Of a stretch of 64,000 nt of DNA, positions 27,561 to 40,942 are shown one piece after another (the stretch's first letter is position 1; each line of letters begins with the position of its first letter). The stretch is from Octopus vulgaris (Eukaryota): contig OX597814.1 of assembly GCA_951406725.2 (NCBI GenBank), forward strand, positions 13,082,001 to 13,146,000. The letters run 5' to 3'. The position numbers and the translations under genes are program-made. The notes beneath the pieces were generated by a model. It had not been told where the DNA came from. It searched no databases and was given only the letters and a program-made list of their open reading frames with translations.

Positions 27561-28999
27561 ACTCATATATATATATATATGATAACAAGACTTCATTTTT
27601 TATATTTAGTTTAATTATGTTATCGTTTTGAAATATCACTCAAATCTTTTAACGTATTAATTTAAATGAAAGCAATTTCTAATTTCATGATTTTGTTTCC
27701 ATTATCTATCCACCATCCGTTTACTGAGGTTACAGGAATGTTTAGCTTTAGGTGTACGTTCACACTCCTAAAACAAACCTCCTTCCAAACAAATACTTGA
27801 AAACCGTTTGCTATTCAGTATACAAAATAGGTACCTATTTATATCCGTCCCAATATATTCATCGTATTTCATGATGCTTGTTTGCACGATTGTATTAATA
27901 TGATTATTTCCTTGACCTGAAACATTGAAATAATTTGATTACTGCAAGAGTTGTGAAAAACGTTGTTCTTCTCAAGTATTTCTTGATGGTTTTCAAAAGG
28001 AAGACAATATTAATTATATAACCAACATGATCTTCAGTTTCACAACCAATCGTATCATCATCCACGCAGAAGAATAGAGTTGTGTTATACGTTTTCCCTT
28101 CATTGAACAACCTATCCTCACCTCACGTGCGAAGTACAATGAGAGGCAAACTGATTCATTGCGAATGGAGTATACTGGATTAAAATAAAGAAATGAACCA
28201 TGAAATACTAAACATATTTTCTCTTTGGGGTTAAAATATGTCATAAACTTAATTGAGAAAATTTGCCAGTGGGAAAGTGGAGATTGACATAAAATAAAAA
28301 GTTAAAAACTGTCGGAGTGTAAAAATTATTAACAAAAGTATTTTCTTCTTTTAGAATATGTCTATAAACGTTTAATTTCTATCGCTTTGTGAACCAATGA
28401 CATATTCGTGAATACATCTAAAAACTGAACTTGATTCCAGGTACAAATGTAATTTTAATATCTAAAACTAATCAATATCCGCAAGCAATGACATTGATAT
28501 ATATATATAGCTAATATTACTGAACGATGTTATTCGTTTATATTAGATAGCTTTGTATATCGTATCAGATACTATGTGACTGCAACAGGTATCTAATGGC
28601 TTACTGACACATGCACATGTTTCGGAGAGACCCAATAATTGCCGTACAACTACTTCTTTAGAAAGAATGTTCTTAGTATGAATCTATCTGATAGCATGCA
28701 TATATCCAGGAAGATGTCTTATGACGATTGTATATCAAGCAACTTAAATGTTACTTTAGATTTAAACTTTCGTTTCTTACGCATGTAAGTAGACCGACAA
28801 TATGAGGGGAACAGACAGTTGGTTATATCTACTCTAATACCTAAAGAATGAATGGCACCTTTGACCTTTGCACGTTTACGAGTAAGATTGCAAAGAACCA
28901 TTACAGAAACCGTGAAGCATTTTGTACTGTACCACAAACCGCATTTTAAAATATAAGTATTACAAAAAATGAGCTATCTGAAATTATGAGTTTGATATA

Positions 29000-29424
29000 C
29001 TCTTTTACTCTCTTTTTACTCTTCTACTTGTTTCAGTCATTTGACTGCGGCCATGCTGGAGCACCGCCTTTAGTCGAGCAAATCGACCACAGGACTTATT
29101 CTTTGTAAGCCTAGTACTTATTCTAACGGCCTGTTTTGCCGAACTGCTAAGTTACAGGGACGTAAACACACTAGCATCGGTTGTCAAACGATGTTGGGGG
29201 GGGACAAACACAGACACACAAACATATATACACACATACATATATATATATACATATATACGACGGGCTTCTTTCAGTTTCCGTCTACCAAATCCACTCA
29301 CAAGGCATTGGTCGGCCCGAGGCTATATTAGTTGACACTTGCCCAAGGTGCCACGAAGTGGGACTGAACCCGGGACCATGTGGTTGGTAAGCAAGCTACT
29401 TACCACACAGCCACTCCTACGCCT
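29000..29424 (-). mobile_element. Full-length tRNA-derived SINE, family B (CORE-like; octopus OR-type)
   Basis: Minus-strand head GGAGTGGCTGTGTGGTAAG..GGGTTCAGTCCC, then CACCTTGGGCAAGT, a LINE-like 3' tail and short tandem tail repeats. Partial copies lie at ~18135-18310, 19765-19960 and 32145-32320. Confidence 0.88.
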
Positions 29425-30524
29425 AAAATTATAAATGAATTTGAATTAAGATATTTTTCCTTTTAAACATCCTTCACTTCCGATAGGGCGTGGGTGGGTG
29501 GATGGAACTCAGGAGCATCCAATAAACTGCACTCAGAAAATGTTCATCGCAAGAAGAACAGCAACAGATTTCAGCTCATCTAATTTGAGCTTGTAGTTCA
29601 AATATCATAACAGTTCGGCCGTCGGATATCTACCTCTGTGTAGCTTGGAATGATAAAACCAAGCTGAATAAACTATGTTTGAATGGAATAAGAAAACGCA
29701 CGGTAAGTTCATACACGTTTGTATATTGTGAGGCTAAATAATGAAAACAGCAGCATCACAACAGCTACAAGGGAAAATGTATTGGGAAAAATGTGAATTA
29801 CTTGTTTCTGTCTCAACGACAAATATATACGGAAGGAAATGTTTAGTAATTCAAATAAGCGATTTAATTCAAAAGCATATAGAAGAATTCATGACAGTTG
29901 GGAATTGTAAGTAGATGAGGTAAATATGTACTGTATACAAATGATTCGAAAATAGTAAGAATAATTGACGAAATCGTTGACACATTCATTCAACTTGTAA
30001 AACATAATGGAAAAATTTCAAAATAGATCATAAAAAATCGATAAATACACTGCACTGCAAAAAATATAATTAGGACAGTAACACTTAACAGTCTGAGATA
30101 TATTTCTAAATAATCAAGGATGATACATATTCAAGCGCTTACACTCACTCGCACGTACACGCAAACACACATACATTTATGTGCGTGCGAGTAAAACTGT
30201 ATGGTGTATAAGTAATTTATTACATTTTTTATCAGAAGCAAAGCGCTAAGTGCAGGGCTACGAAATATAGTATAATGAAGTATGCATAGCTACATAGAAT
30301 TTCTCTGATATCAAGCTGCTTTTATACTTCTCGCAATAATATTCAAAAATTCAAATAACGTATTCCTACAGTATCACTCTAAAAATTGATATGATAATTC
30401 AGAATCGGCAAAATTGTGCGTGCACTTGAGAAGCACCTCCTCCCCTATACATACATACATACATACATACATACATACATACATACATACATACATACAT
30501 ACGTATATACATACTTATATATAT

Positions 30525-30565
30525 ACTAGCATTATGACCCGTCGCTGCCGGGTCATAGTGCCAGT
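30525..30565 (-). mobile_element. Helitron-type 3' terminus (GC-rich hairpin plus CTAG)
   Basis: Minus strand TATGACCCG-GCAGCGA-CGGGTCATA-ATG-CTAG|T. Confidence 0.5.
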
Positions 30566-30679
30566 GCCTGTATATATGTGTACATATTACATGTACGTCA
30601 ATATATATACATCTACACATAAAATACAAAATACAAAGTTATGTCTTGATATCGCTAGTGATAACAATACTCAAAATAT

Positions 30680-31560
30680 ATAACAGACTGGAATTATAGG
30701 CCCGTCTCTTGCAATTTCGATCAATTGTATCTTGTTCTCACTGTTGTATAGAAGTGTGGCTACAATCCAGCCTACATCTACTTCTGGGGGACATTTTAAA
30801 TTTTTATCCGGGACGTCCTACAGCCCAGATATAAAGGTAAAATTAAAATATTTCCACTTTGCAAGGTTCGAGTCGAGTACTCCCTTGCACGCTCCGTTGA
30901 CTCGAACCTTGCTTCTATTGTGGCGAATTTACCGCCTCTGGTTAGATATATTTCATAGTCGCACCAAGATACTTTTCGATGGTGCTTTTCTCCAGGTGTT
31001 CAAATCTTTTATTTTCTCTACATTGTATACTTTATAGACAATAGTCTTTTCTTTAATTGTATTTTTTATTTCGTTTGTTGGTGTTAACCTAAATTCACCG
31101 TCTTTGTCGGTGACCAATCCGAAATATGTTTGTATTTCTTCCATTTTCATTTTAATGAGTTCGCGCCCGCCGACGGCTGCAGCGGAAATTCATTTTTGGA
31201 CTTTCTTCTATCGAAGGCATTCTAACAAAAATGCTTCCGTGTAAACGGTGAAAATATTGTCAATTTCCCCAAACAGGGACACAATTCAATTTTTAAACAA
31301 TAATCAAAGCTCCTTCTCCCAAAGGGGGTCGTTTACAGTTTACAATTATTTAACAAATGCAACACAACAGCGTTTCCCTTACGAGGAACCAACAAACGTG
31401 ATAACAATAGTTAAACAGTAATAATAATAACAAACTTTACGGTGAATCAAAAAGCAGTACGCAGTTGAAGCTATAGTCCTTTAAGTATAAGAAATAAACC
31501 AACAGCAGTACTCAGTAGAGCGGCTGTTCGAGAAAACAGACATTACATACAGCCAAACTT
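30680..31560 (-). mobile_element. Second decayed LINE ORF1/5' region, homologous to 1950-3000
   Basis: GGKFATIEARFESTERAREYSTRTLQSGNILILPLYLGCRTSRIKNLKCPPEVDVGWIVATLLYN aligns with the 2.5-2.7 kb peptide. Confidence 0.6.
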
Positions 31561-31889
31561 CATATAGATATTTAATGCTAGCTAATTAGCAGATAATCTA
31601 ATGTAAAAGCCGTCGTAAATTGTATGGGCACACCTCCATCTAGACTATTCCATTTCTGCACGCTAATTTTATTTCTAATTTATTCCCATTCATGTGAAAC
31701 CACTTATTCAAGTTCAAGTCACTGATGCAATTTTATACCAATTGCTATATTTACTTTCGTTATGTTACGATTATATTCCACTTTAGTTTGTTTTTAATTA
31801 TTACTTACTACATATAATTCAATTGTTATTATTATCTCTAATTTTTATTGTTAAAGTGAAAATATCTGACATAAAATAGAGAAATGTTT

Positions 31890-32136
31890 TCGTTACACTT
31901 TTAACACATAATACTGAAATGGTGGAGAAGATATGATATTGCTATGGGCTTGCCCTAGGCAAGACGTCGTACATTTTTTTTTTTGCCCATGAAACTACAT
32001 GGACCCTAAGTAAGGCATGTGTAAAATTTGAATGAAATTGGTTGTGTAGTTCTCAAGTTTTAGGGAAACACAAAGACAGACAGATAGACAGACAGTCAGA
32101 CAGATACACATTCTCAGTTTTATATATAGAGAGATA
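31890..32136 (+). mobile_element. Helentron/DINE-like non-autonomous element end
   Basis: TGTGTAAAATTTGAATGAAATTGGTTGTGTAGTT, then (GACA)n, then TTTTATATATAGAGAGAT, the usual layout of these elements. Confidence 0.5.
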
Positions 32137-32338
32137 TATGCTTTTACTGGTTTCAGTAACTTGACTGCGGCCATGCTGAAGCAACGGCTGAAAAGAATTA
32201 GTTAAATAAATTGACTCCAAGACTTGATCTTTGCCGAAGCGCAAATGTACGGGGACATAAACACACCACCATTAGTTGTCAAGCGATAAGGTGTGTGTGT
32301 AGGGGGGAGCGAACACAAACACACTCATACATATCTAA

Positions 32339-32390
<52 letters not shown>

Positions 32391-32584
32391 GGAGGGAGAG
32401 AAAGAAAGAGAGAGAGACGTTATGAGAGGTACTGATATCAATAAGACCCAAAGGTGTCAGGTAATGCTGAGTAAGAGTTATAGACAGACTATAGTTAGGC
32501 TCGAGGTTCGGTGATTATGCGAATGAGGAGTCCAACGTAGGTCATATATCACCATGTGTATATATAAAAAAAATTAAAAGATTG

Positions 32585-33140
32585 GTATAAAAATCCAAGG
32601 CTGTGAAAGATTTCAGAACCTTTATAAATAGAAGGTCTTACAGCTGTTTCCAGGATATTTTATATATCCCTTCATCTGAGACGGTGTGAGAAAAGGGTTA
32701 AGCCATAGTTATTCTAGATAGGATATGAAATAGAGAGTGAAGTGAAGGAATGAAAAGAGATATAAGATAAACAGGGATATTGTATCTGTAGTTCCATTAG
32801 TTAGGCACAAAGGTATATATATATATAAGATTCCTGTACCTTGTGAGTAAGTTCCAATAGTATGTAAAATTGGTCATTCCAAGTATAGAGTTTGTAAACG
32901 GTGTTATTGAATCGAGGTTTTTTTTTTTAAGTGACTAAAAGTTGGAAATGTATTTGTTAGGTCAAGTCAAAACCAGGAACAGAGGAAAAGCAGAAGAAAA
33001 AAGAAAAAAAGAAAAAAGGAAGGCGAGGAGAATGATAATAAAGAAGAGAGTGAAAGTGATATATGAAATATCTCGTAAACAGCTGTAACACCTATTTATA
33101 AATGTTCTGAAATCTTTCACAGTCTTGGATTTTTATCTCA
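32585..33140. mobile_element. PLE-LTR-like inverted repeat pair with a hammerhead motif (32635-32682, minus)
   Basis: 32587-32668 is an inverted copy of 33058-33137. The minus strand reads GTCT-CAGATGA-AGGGATAT ataaa ATATCCTG-GAAAC-AGCT-GTA-AGAC. Confidence 0.7.
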
Positions 33141-33171
33141 TTCAGTTAATTTGTATATATATATTTTTTTT

Positions 33172-33298
33172 CTAGTTTCAGCTTAGAGCTGCGGTCATGC
33201 TGATGCACCGCCGTTTTGTGCTACACTGTTATTACGACGAACCTCGTCTAATATGTGGCACTTGGTGAAGAATGGAGTTTGATACAGCTACTCTCATT
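33172..33298 (-). mobile_element. Short 3' tail of a CR1-group LINE/SINE
   Basis: Minus strand GGCGGTGCATCAGCATGACCGCAGCTCTAAGCTGAAACTAGA matches the LINE end at 49476-49519. Confidence 0.75.
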
Positions 33299-34169
33299 TG
33301 TATATATATATATATATAAACACACACATACACATAGTCACACACACATACTCACACACACGCAATCGTGCCCATTTACAAATACACACAACATTCTCTC
33401 ATAATGAAGTATTTGACGTCGGATACATAATAGATCTTCAGTTTATTTCGTTATTGAAAATAAATAATATTGCCTTATATGTATAATTAAATTCTTTAAA
33501 AAGTTTTCTCAATGTCAACTTCCCGCATTGACATAGCAACAGCGAAATTTTACCTTTATTTGCAAAGTCTCTCTCTCTCTCTCTCTCACTCTCTCTCTAT
33601 TTTACCGTTTCCATTTCAAGTTTTAATTCGCTATTTGCAAACAACTAAGATAAATTACTGAAAGAATTATTTACCAAGTTTACAAATTTAAGTATTCAGT
33701 AAAACGAGCTTTAATTCAAACGATTTTTTTCATTTTATGTTTATTTCATTCATTGTTTGCAATGTTCCCTCTCCCCGCCTCTCCCTCCCTCTCTCTCTCT
33801 CAATCACACACACATACACACATACTTTCACTCTAATATAGACGCACACACTGGCTCTGCAATATAAACATACATACACACTAAAGCATTGATTTCGTTA
33901 TTACACATGTATCACATTAGAATTTTGCAATTCAATATAGGGCGTCCAAACAAATATGGGCATTCTTTCGTTTTAACACGCACACTTTGTTAATTTCCGT
34001 AAAAATGTTTTATTTATGTACCTTTTGCACACCTTGTTCAGCTCTATGTATCTGTAGTTAGTCACATACACGGGTTTTTGTATGCACGGTTTTATACATT
34101 AATGTATACGTGTGTATGTGTGTGTGAGAGAGTGTATGTGTGTTCAGCTTCGTGTTGTTTCTCCTGAGA

Positions 34170-35550
34170 CCATATGTTTGCCCAGAATTTTTTGCTTTCT
34201 TCAGCATCCGGCAAGGATTTTCACCTCTTTATTTAACATCCAATTCCTGATAGACCCGTTTCTGATTTTATTCGAAAACTCTGTTTAATCTGTATTGCTC
34301 AATTCTCTGTTCACATCTATATAGTTTATGTGCTTTAGCTCTCAGCTTCTGTTTTAATTCCTCAAACAGAACACTGATTCCATTTCTCTTCACCCTATAC
34401 TTCTCCTCTGTAGCTCAGCACCTCAGCACGTTTCTCCCGCTGAGCTTCATTTCTGTATTTCCGTTCCAGAATATTAAGGTGTTTTCTGTTTTCGTTAATA
34501 GACTGCGTTATTCTCCTTTTCCACCATGGTTCCTTCAGCTTATTTTGACATTTACCTTTGACTTTCAAACATAACTTCAGGGCTATAAAGATCGACATTG
34601 CATTTATTAGATTGTTGGTGTTTGTGATGATGTCAATCCTGATATCACCAATGATATTTATCTTCCTGACCCATCCATTGAGTTTCTTTCTGTCTACTTT
34701 TTTAAGCCCCATGTAAAGGCTCAGTTCAGAAAAGGTCTAAATATCAATGATTTCATTAAAATGGATATTTGTTCCGCGGATCTCTCATCGCATTCCTCAT
34801 CAATAATCTCAGCTTCATGCTCCTTTTCTTCCTTCAAATCTACTGCCATAGTTTTACTATCTGCATTCTAATCCTCATCCTTCTGTTAACCCCTGGTCTT
34901 ACTATCCCTGAGCACCCGTCTCTTAATGCTTTCTAGTTCAAAAGGAGATTACCATAAATAGCTTGGTCACAGATATTGTTCACTTAATTCAAATAGGCCT
35001 CAGTCGCTTCATGCTGTGTGCTTTCTTTTCCTACATCCACTAGGGGACACGTTATTATTATTTCTCGGATTACCCGGAAAGTAGCACTCCGTTACAGCCA
35101 CTTTCATTTCATTTAGAAGTTGCTTGATGATTACTGGGCTGACACTGCTCGCCTGTGGATCACTTCCAGGCTCATTCACGCCTTTCTCGTTTCTATTTTT
35201 ATTTGACATTTCAGCACTCATGATAACGGTTAGTGAATTTTAGATTGCACAACCACCAGTATTTTTCCTATATCCACCATAGGATATAGGATTCCTGTAA
35301 TCCTGGTTTACTTTTTCGAGTTTCCGTCCCTGCAATGGGTGTTCAATGATCTTGATTGTTTCTGCCTCTCGAGTATATACTACTTTGATAGCTGTTGCCT
35401 CGTAAGTGTTCATTAGCCTTTATACATGTCTTGTTTTCCTTCCTGTAGGGTGTCAAAATACGAAGAATCATACACCTTCTTCCTAGAGCATGCTCTGCGG
35501 GTGCGCCGGTTTAGTCACTGACAATCCCAACATAAAAAATGGGGTAGAGA
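34170..35550 (-). mobile_element. Decayed 5' part of an R4/Dong-like retrotransposon
   Basis: NEMKVAVTECYF; LKKVDRKKL..I.TNTNNLINA..KEPWWKRRI..IN..RKHL, typical of the region N-terminal to RT in these elements. Confidence 0.6.
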
Positions 35551-35767
35551 GAGAGAGAGAGAGAGAGAAAAGTTGCTTGCTCCCAATTTAGATACCGGGA
35601 AGAGGTGGCGTTGGTAGGAGGATGATCGCATCGGCCTCATGGCAATGCCGCCTTTTCATTAGAGTAGCTAGGTAGGAATATTGGAAGTGGATAAACAAAA
35701 GAAACAGGAGAAAGGGAGAAGAAAGTTTTAAGTGACATTCTTTGGTGTTGTGCTGCTAGCGTCATGG

Positions 35768-35826
<59 letters not shown>

Positions 35827-36294
35827 GAATAAATTTATTAGTAAATTGAACTTAGAAAAGCAAATTCTTATACAACATAGTTTGTTTCTTTTCTTTCAAT
35901 ATGTAAGGAACAATTTCGGGGCAATGTCGGGTACCTCATCTATTTTATGTATAATTATAATGTAGGGTATCTAAGAGATACCACCACGCTGGAAATAGCA
36001 GCCAAATTTTGACTCTAAAACAACATTAAATGTTCATACAGCGCCAGGAGAGAAGACAAAGAGACAAAATAAACAAGCAAAAAGATTACTGGATAATTCC
36101 AGATCCTTGATTTCTGGATTTGCATGAGAAATGCTCTGTTTTAACAGGGGAATATACTCAGATAGCTCATAAATACATACATATATATATATATATATAA
36201 ATATATATGTAGGTCCCGGGTTGATTCGGGGTTAACCACAGTAAATAAGGTACTCAATACATAGCAGAGTAAAATTAATTTATTATATAGAAGG

Positions 36295-36345
36295 AGCTTC
36301 TACAGGACTAGAACTGTTTCATTCAAGAGAAATCTTCAGGAAGCT
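36295..36345 (-). ncRNA. Type I hammerhead ribozyme motif
   Basis: Reverse complement of 51973-52023. Confidence 0.75.
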
Positions 36346-36900
36346 AGTTAACAAGAATTGTATTGGCATTTATACATTTAGGCAGGTTTAAAGGGGTGGT
36401 GGTGGGGGACTTTTTGGGGGTAGGTATAGCGCAAAGAAATCATACTTGGGGGAGTGGTCCAGGAGTCAGTGGTAAATTAGATAGAAGAATAAATAAAAGA
36501 ATAAAAAAAGGAGAATAAAAAAATATATAGAAGAATAGAGTTTTAGGTAAATAAGGAAATTCTCACTTATACCTATACATACATGTATACATATACACAC
36601 ACACACACATATACATACACACATACATACACACACACCCATATATATATATCTATATACACACATACATATACATACATATATCTACATATATATATAT
36701 ATATACATATACACATACATGCATATACATATACACACACACATGTATATATACACACACACGACCACACATACACATACACACAAAAAAATATATATAC
36801 ATACACACACATACACATACACACATACACACACAAATCCACATACACACATGCACACACAACACACAAGACCCTATATACTCATATATACATATACACA

Positions 36901-36934
<34 letters not shown>

Positions 36935-37382
36935 CATAAATATGTGTACCTATTCATACCTACACATACACACATATACATACAAATACAAACCCATTCC
37001 CTAATTTTAATTTTATTATCTTCATTTATTACTTTTGTTATCTTTGACCGCTGGTCACAAGCATCTTGGCTACGACAGCTAGTCCCTTTTATCTTTCTAC
37101 TTGAGCACAAGCACTCACTCACGCACGCACACTCATTAGCACGCGCACTCACTCATTCGTACACTCATACACATACACGCACGCACGCGTTATATTCATA
37201 CATACATACATCTACATACATACACGTATATACACATACGTACGCGTACCTACAGATTCATGTCTACAATCTAAGAAGACTAGTCTATACGTATACACCA
37301 ATAAATATATATACACACATACATATACACCTACATACAAATACATACATACATATATATACACATATACATACACACACAT

Positions 37383-37440
<58 letters not shown>

Positions 37441-37574
37441 CCGCATACATACATACATACATACACTCATACATACATACATATATACACACATACACAC
37501 ACCCACACGTATACATATACATACATATACGCGCATGCATACACATACAAATACATACACATACACACATACAT

Positions 37575-37609
<35 letters not shown>

Positions 37610-37618
<9 letters not shown>

Positions 37619-37971
37619 ATACATACATATACATATATACACACACACATACATACACATATACACATACACGCACATACACATATACATGCGTACCCAT
37701 ACACACACACACACGCGCGCATCCATATATACACATAAGTACACACATGCGTAAAAGTATACATATATCTATGCTTACACATACACACACACGCCACTCC
37801 TTATGTTCATACTTACATGCATACTAAAAAAAAATAAGTAATAAAGTATATATACGTGCAGTTATTCATACATGCATACTCAAAAAATAAATAATAAATA
37901 GTAAATAATAAATATTAAGTATATATACGTGCAGTTACCTATTATACAGACGGATACATACATATAAACTT

Positions 37972-38036
<65 letters not shown>

Positions 38037-38519
38037 CTTACACATATGTACATATACATACACACATACATAACTCTACGTACCTACATATACCAAAACA
38101 CACGAGCGTACACGTATATGTACATATACACATACACATACACACACATATATACATACATACATATACATACATACATATACATATATACACACACACA
38201 TACATACACATATACACATACACGCACATACACATATACATGCGTACCCATACACACACACACACGCGCGCATCCATATATACACATAAGTACACACATG
38301 CGTAAAAGTATACATATATCTATGCTTACACATACACACACACACACGCCACTCCTATGTTCATACTTACATGCATACTCAAAAAATAAGTAATAAAATA
38401 TATATACGTGCAGTTATTCATACATGCATACTCAAAAAATAAATAATAAAAAGTAAATAATAAATATTAAGTATATATACGTGCAGTTACCTATTATACA
38501 GACGGATACATACATATAA

Positions 38520-38604
<85 letters not shown>

Positions 38605-38730
38605 CTTACACATATGTACATATACATACACACATAGATAACTCTACGTACCTACATATACCTAAACACACGAGCGTACACGTATATGTACATATACACA
38701 TACACATACACACACATATATACATACATA
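37610..38730 (+). repeat. ~565 bp internal tandem duplication specific to copy 1
   Basis: Markers CATGCGTACCCA (37688/38239), GACGGATAC (37950/38501) and CATACTTACACATATGTAC (38033/38601) occur twice here and once in copy 2. Confidence 0.85.
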
Positions 38731-38867
38731 CATATACATACACGCATATATACATATATATATATATATATACCTATATATATATATATATATATATACA
38801 TATACACACATACATACATATATACATACATATACATACACACACATACACATACACACACACATAT

Positions 38868-38915
<48 letters not shown>

Positions 38916-39019
38916 ACATATACACATACATACATACACATACATATACATATACACACATACACACACACATACATATATTCACACACACATACATATA
39001 CATACACACATACATACAC

Positions 39020-39066
<47 letters not shown>

Positions 39067-39135
39067 CATGTGTGCAAACATACATACATACTCATACACA
39101 CTCTCATACTTACATATACACATATACACACACTT

Positions 39136-39204
<69 letters not shown>

Positions 39205-39250
39205 CATATATATACACACATACACATATGTACACATACACATACATATT

Positions 39251-39308
<58 letters not shown>

Positions 39309-39521
39309 TGTATATATATATACATATATACACACATATATATATATATACATACACACACACATATATATATACCCACACCTACACATACACACATATA
39401 TACATATATACATACATATACACACATACACACACACACATATATGTACATACATACACATACATATACATATACATATACATATACACATGCACATACG
39501 TATAACTCTACCTACCCACAT

Positions 39522-39556
<35 letters not shown>

Positions 39557-39726
39557 CACATATATATACATATATATATGTATATATACACACACATATA
39601 TATACCCATCTACAATCTGTATATACACACACATACATGCACATACACATTACTCTACATACCTACATATACATTGACTTACTCGCGTACACTCATATAT
39701 ATATATATATATACACATACACATAC

Positions 39727-39765
<39 letters not shown>

Positions 39766-39826
39766 TATATATATACATACACACGCACATACATATACAT
39801 ATATATATATACACACACACACACAT

Positions 39827-39870
<44 letters not shown>

Positions 39871-40138
39871 ACAATTGAGGGTAAAGTTAATTAGTTATTA
39901 ATCAATTTCACCAAGTATTCAGTATGTAAAAGGACCATTATTTTTTTGAGTAAACATTGTCTGAGAGAAAATTTTCTTTAAGTAGTGGAAAAGGCTAAAA
40001 AACTTATTTGGCTGCTATTTCTAGAAATTTCAGTATGTGGCAAAGTAATTTATTTTACTAAGCCCTAATTATATAATATTTTATATATACATACACATAC
40101 ATACACACATACATATACACATACATATGCATACACAC

Positions 40139-40178
<40 letters not shown>

Positions 40179-40500
40179 GTGTGTGTGTATATATGTATAT
40201 ATGTATATATGTGTGTATGCATATGTATGTGTATATGTATGTGTGTATGTATGTGTATGTATATATAAAATATTATATAATTAGGGCTTAGTAAAATAAA
40301 TTATTTTGCCACATACTGAACTTTCTAGAAATAGCAGCAAAATAAGTTTTTTAGCCTTTTCCACTACTTAAAGAAAATTTTCTCTCAGACAATGTTTACT
40401 CAAAAAAATAATGGTCCTTTTACATACTGAATACTTGGTGAAATTGATTAATAACTAATTAACTTTACCCTCAATTGTTGATATATATATATATATATAT

Positions 40501-40788
40501 AAAGTCAATACCACCATGACTGATATCCAATCTACAGTGGAGAAGGCTAGCCACTGGATTTGGTTAAAAAGAGACGATGAGCGATGGCTAGAAGTATATT
40601 GAGTTCATCATAACCAGCTGATCTAGCAAGCGGGGCCTCATATCAGTGAGGGGGCCGGTGCGCATTGATGCCGTCGAGAGGTAGGCCCCGAAACGGCGCG
40701 CATTCTCTCCTGATGACCCCATACACTTGCTAGCTTCCGATATACGGAGCTTTTAACTGGTAGCACTTGCATGTGCAAGTTGTTTGCA

Positions 40789-40790
<2 letters not shown>
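40501..40790 (+). mobile_element. 5'-truncated 3' end of a HERO-like non-LTR retrotransposon inserted in (TA)n
   Basis: 40501-40602 encodes KVNTTMTDIQSTVEKASHWIWLKRDDERWLEVY* (cf. the HERO C-terminal ExASxWLWLKR motif), followed by a structured GC-rich 3' UTR. The empty site is at 45910-45939. Confidence 0.75.
40613..40761 (+). ncRNA. Candidate rearranged (non-circularly permuted) hammerhead ribozyme
   Basis: GCCGT-C (40670-40675) pairs with GAA-ACGGC (40690-40697). GAGAGG (40676-40681) pairs with TCTCTC, which directly precedes CTGATGA (40710-40716). Six additional helices can be drawn. Confidence 0.7.
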
Positions 40791-40836
<46 letters not shown>

Positions 40837-40895
40837 ATGTGTGTGTGTGTATGTATATATATATGTATATGTATGTGCGTGTGTATATATATATA

Positions 40896-40942
<47 letters not shown>

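Noticed and set aside
37020-37110. Peptide FVIFDRWSQASWLRQLVPFIFLLEHK recurring in three ORFs as a possible exon
   Set aside because: The recurrence is explained by the duplication and palindrome; there is no domain similarity or convincing splice context.
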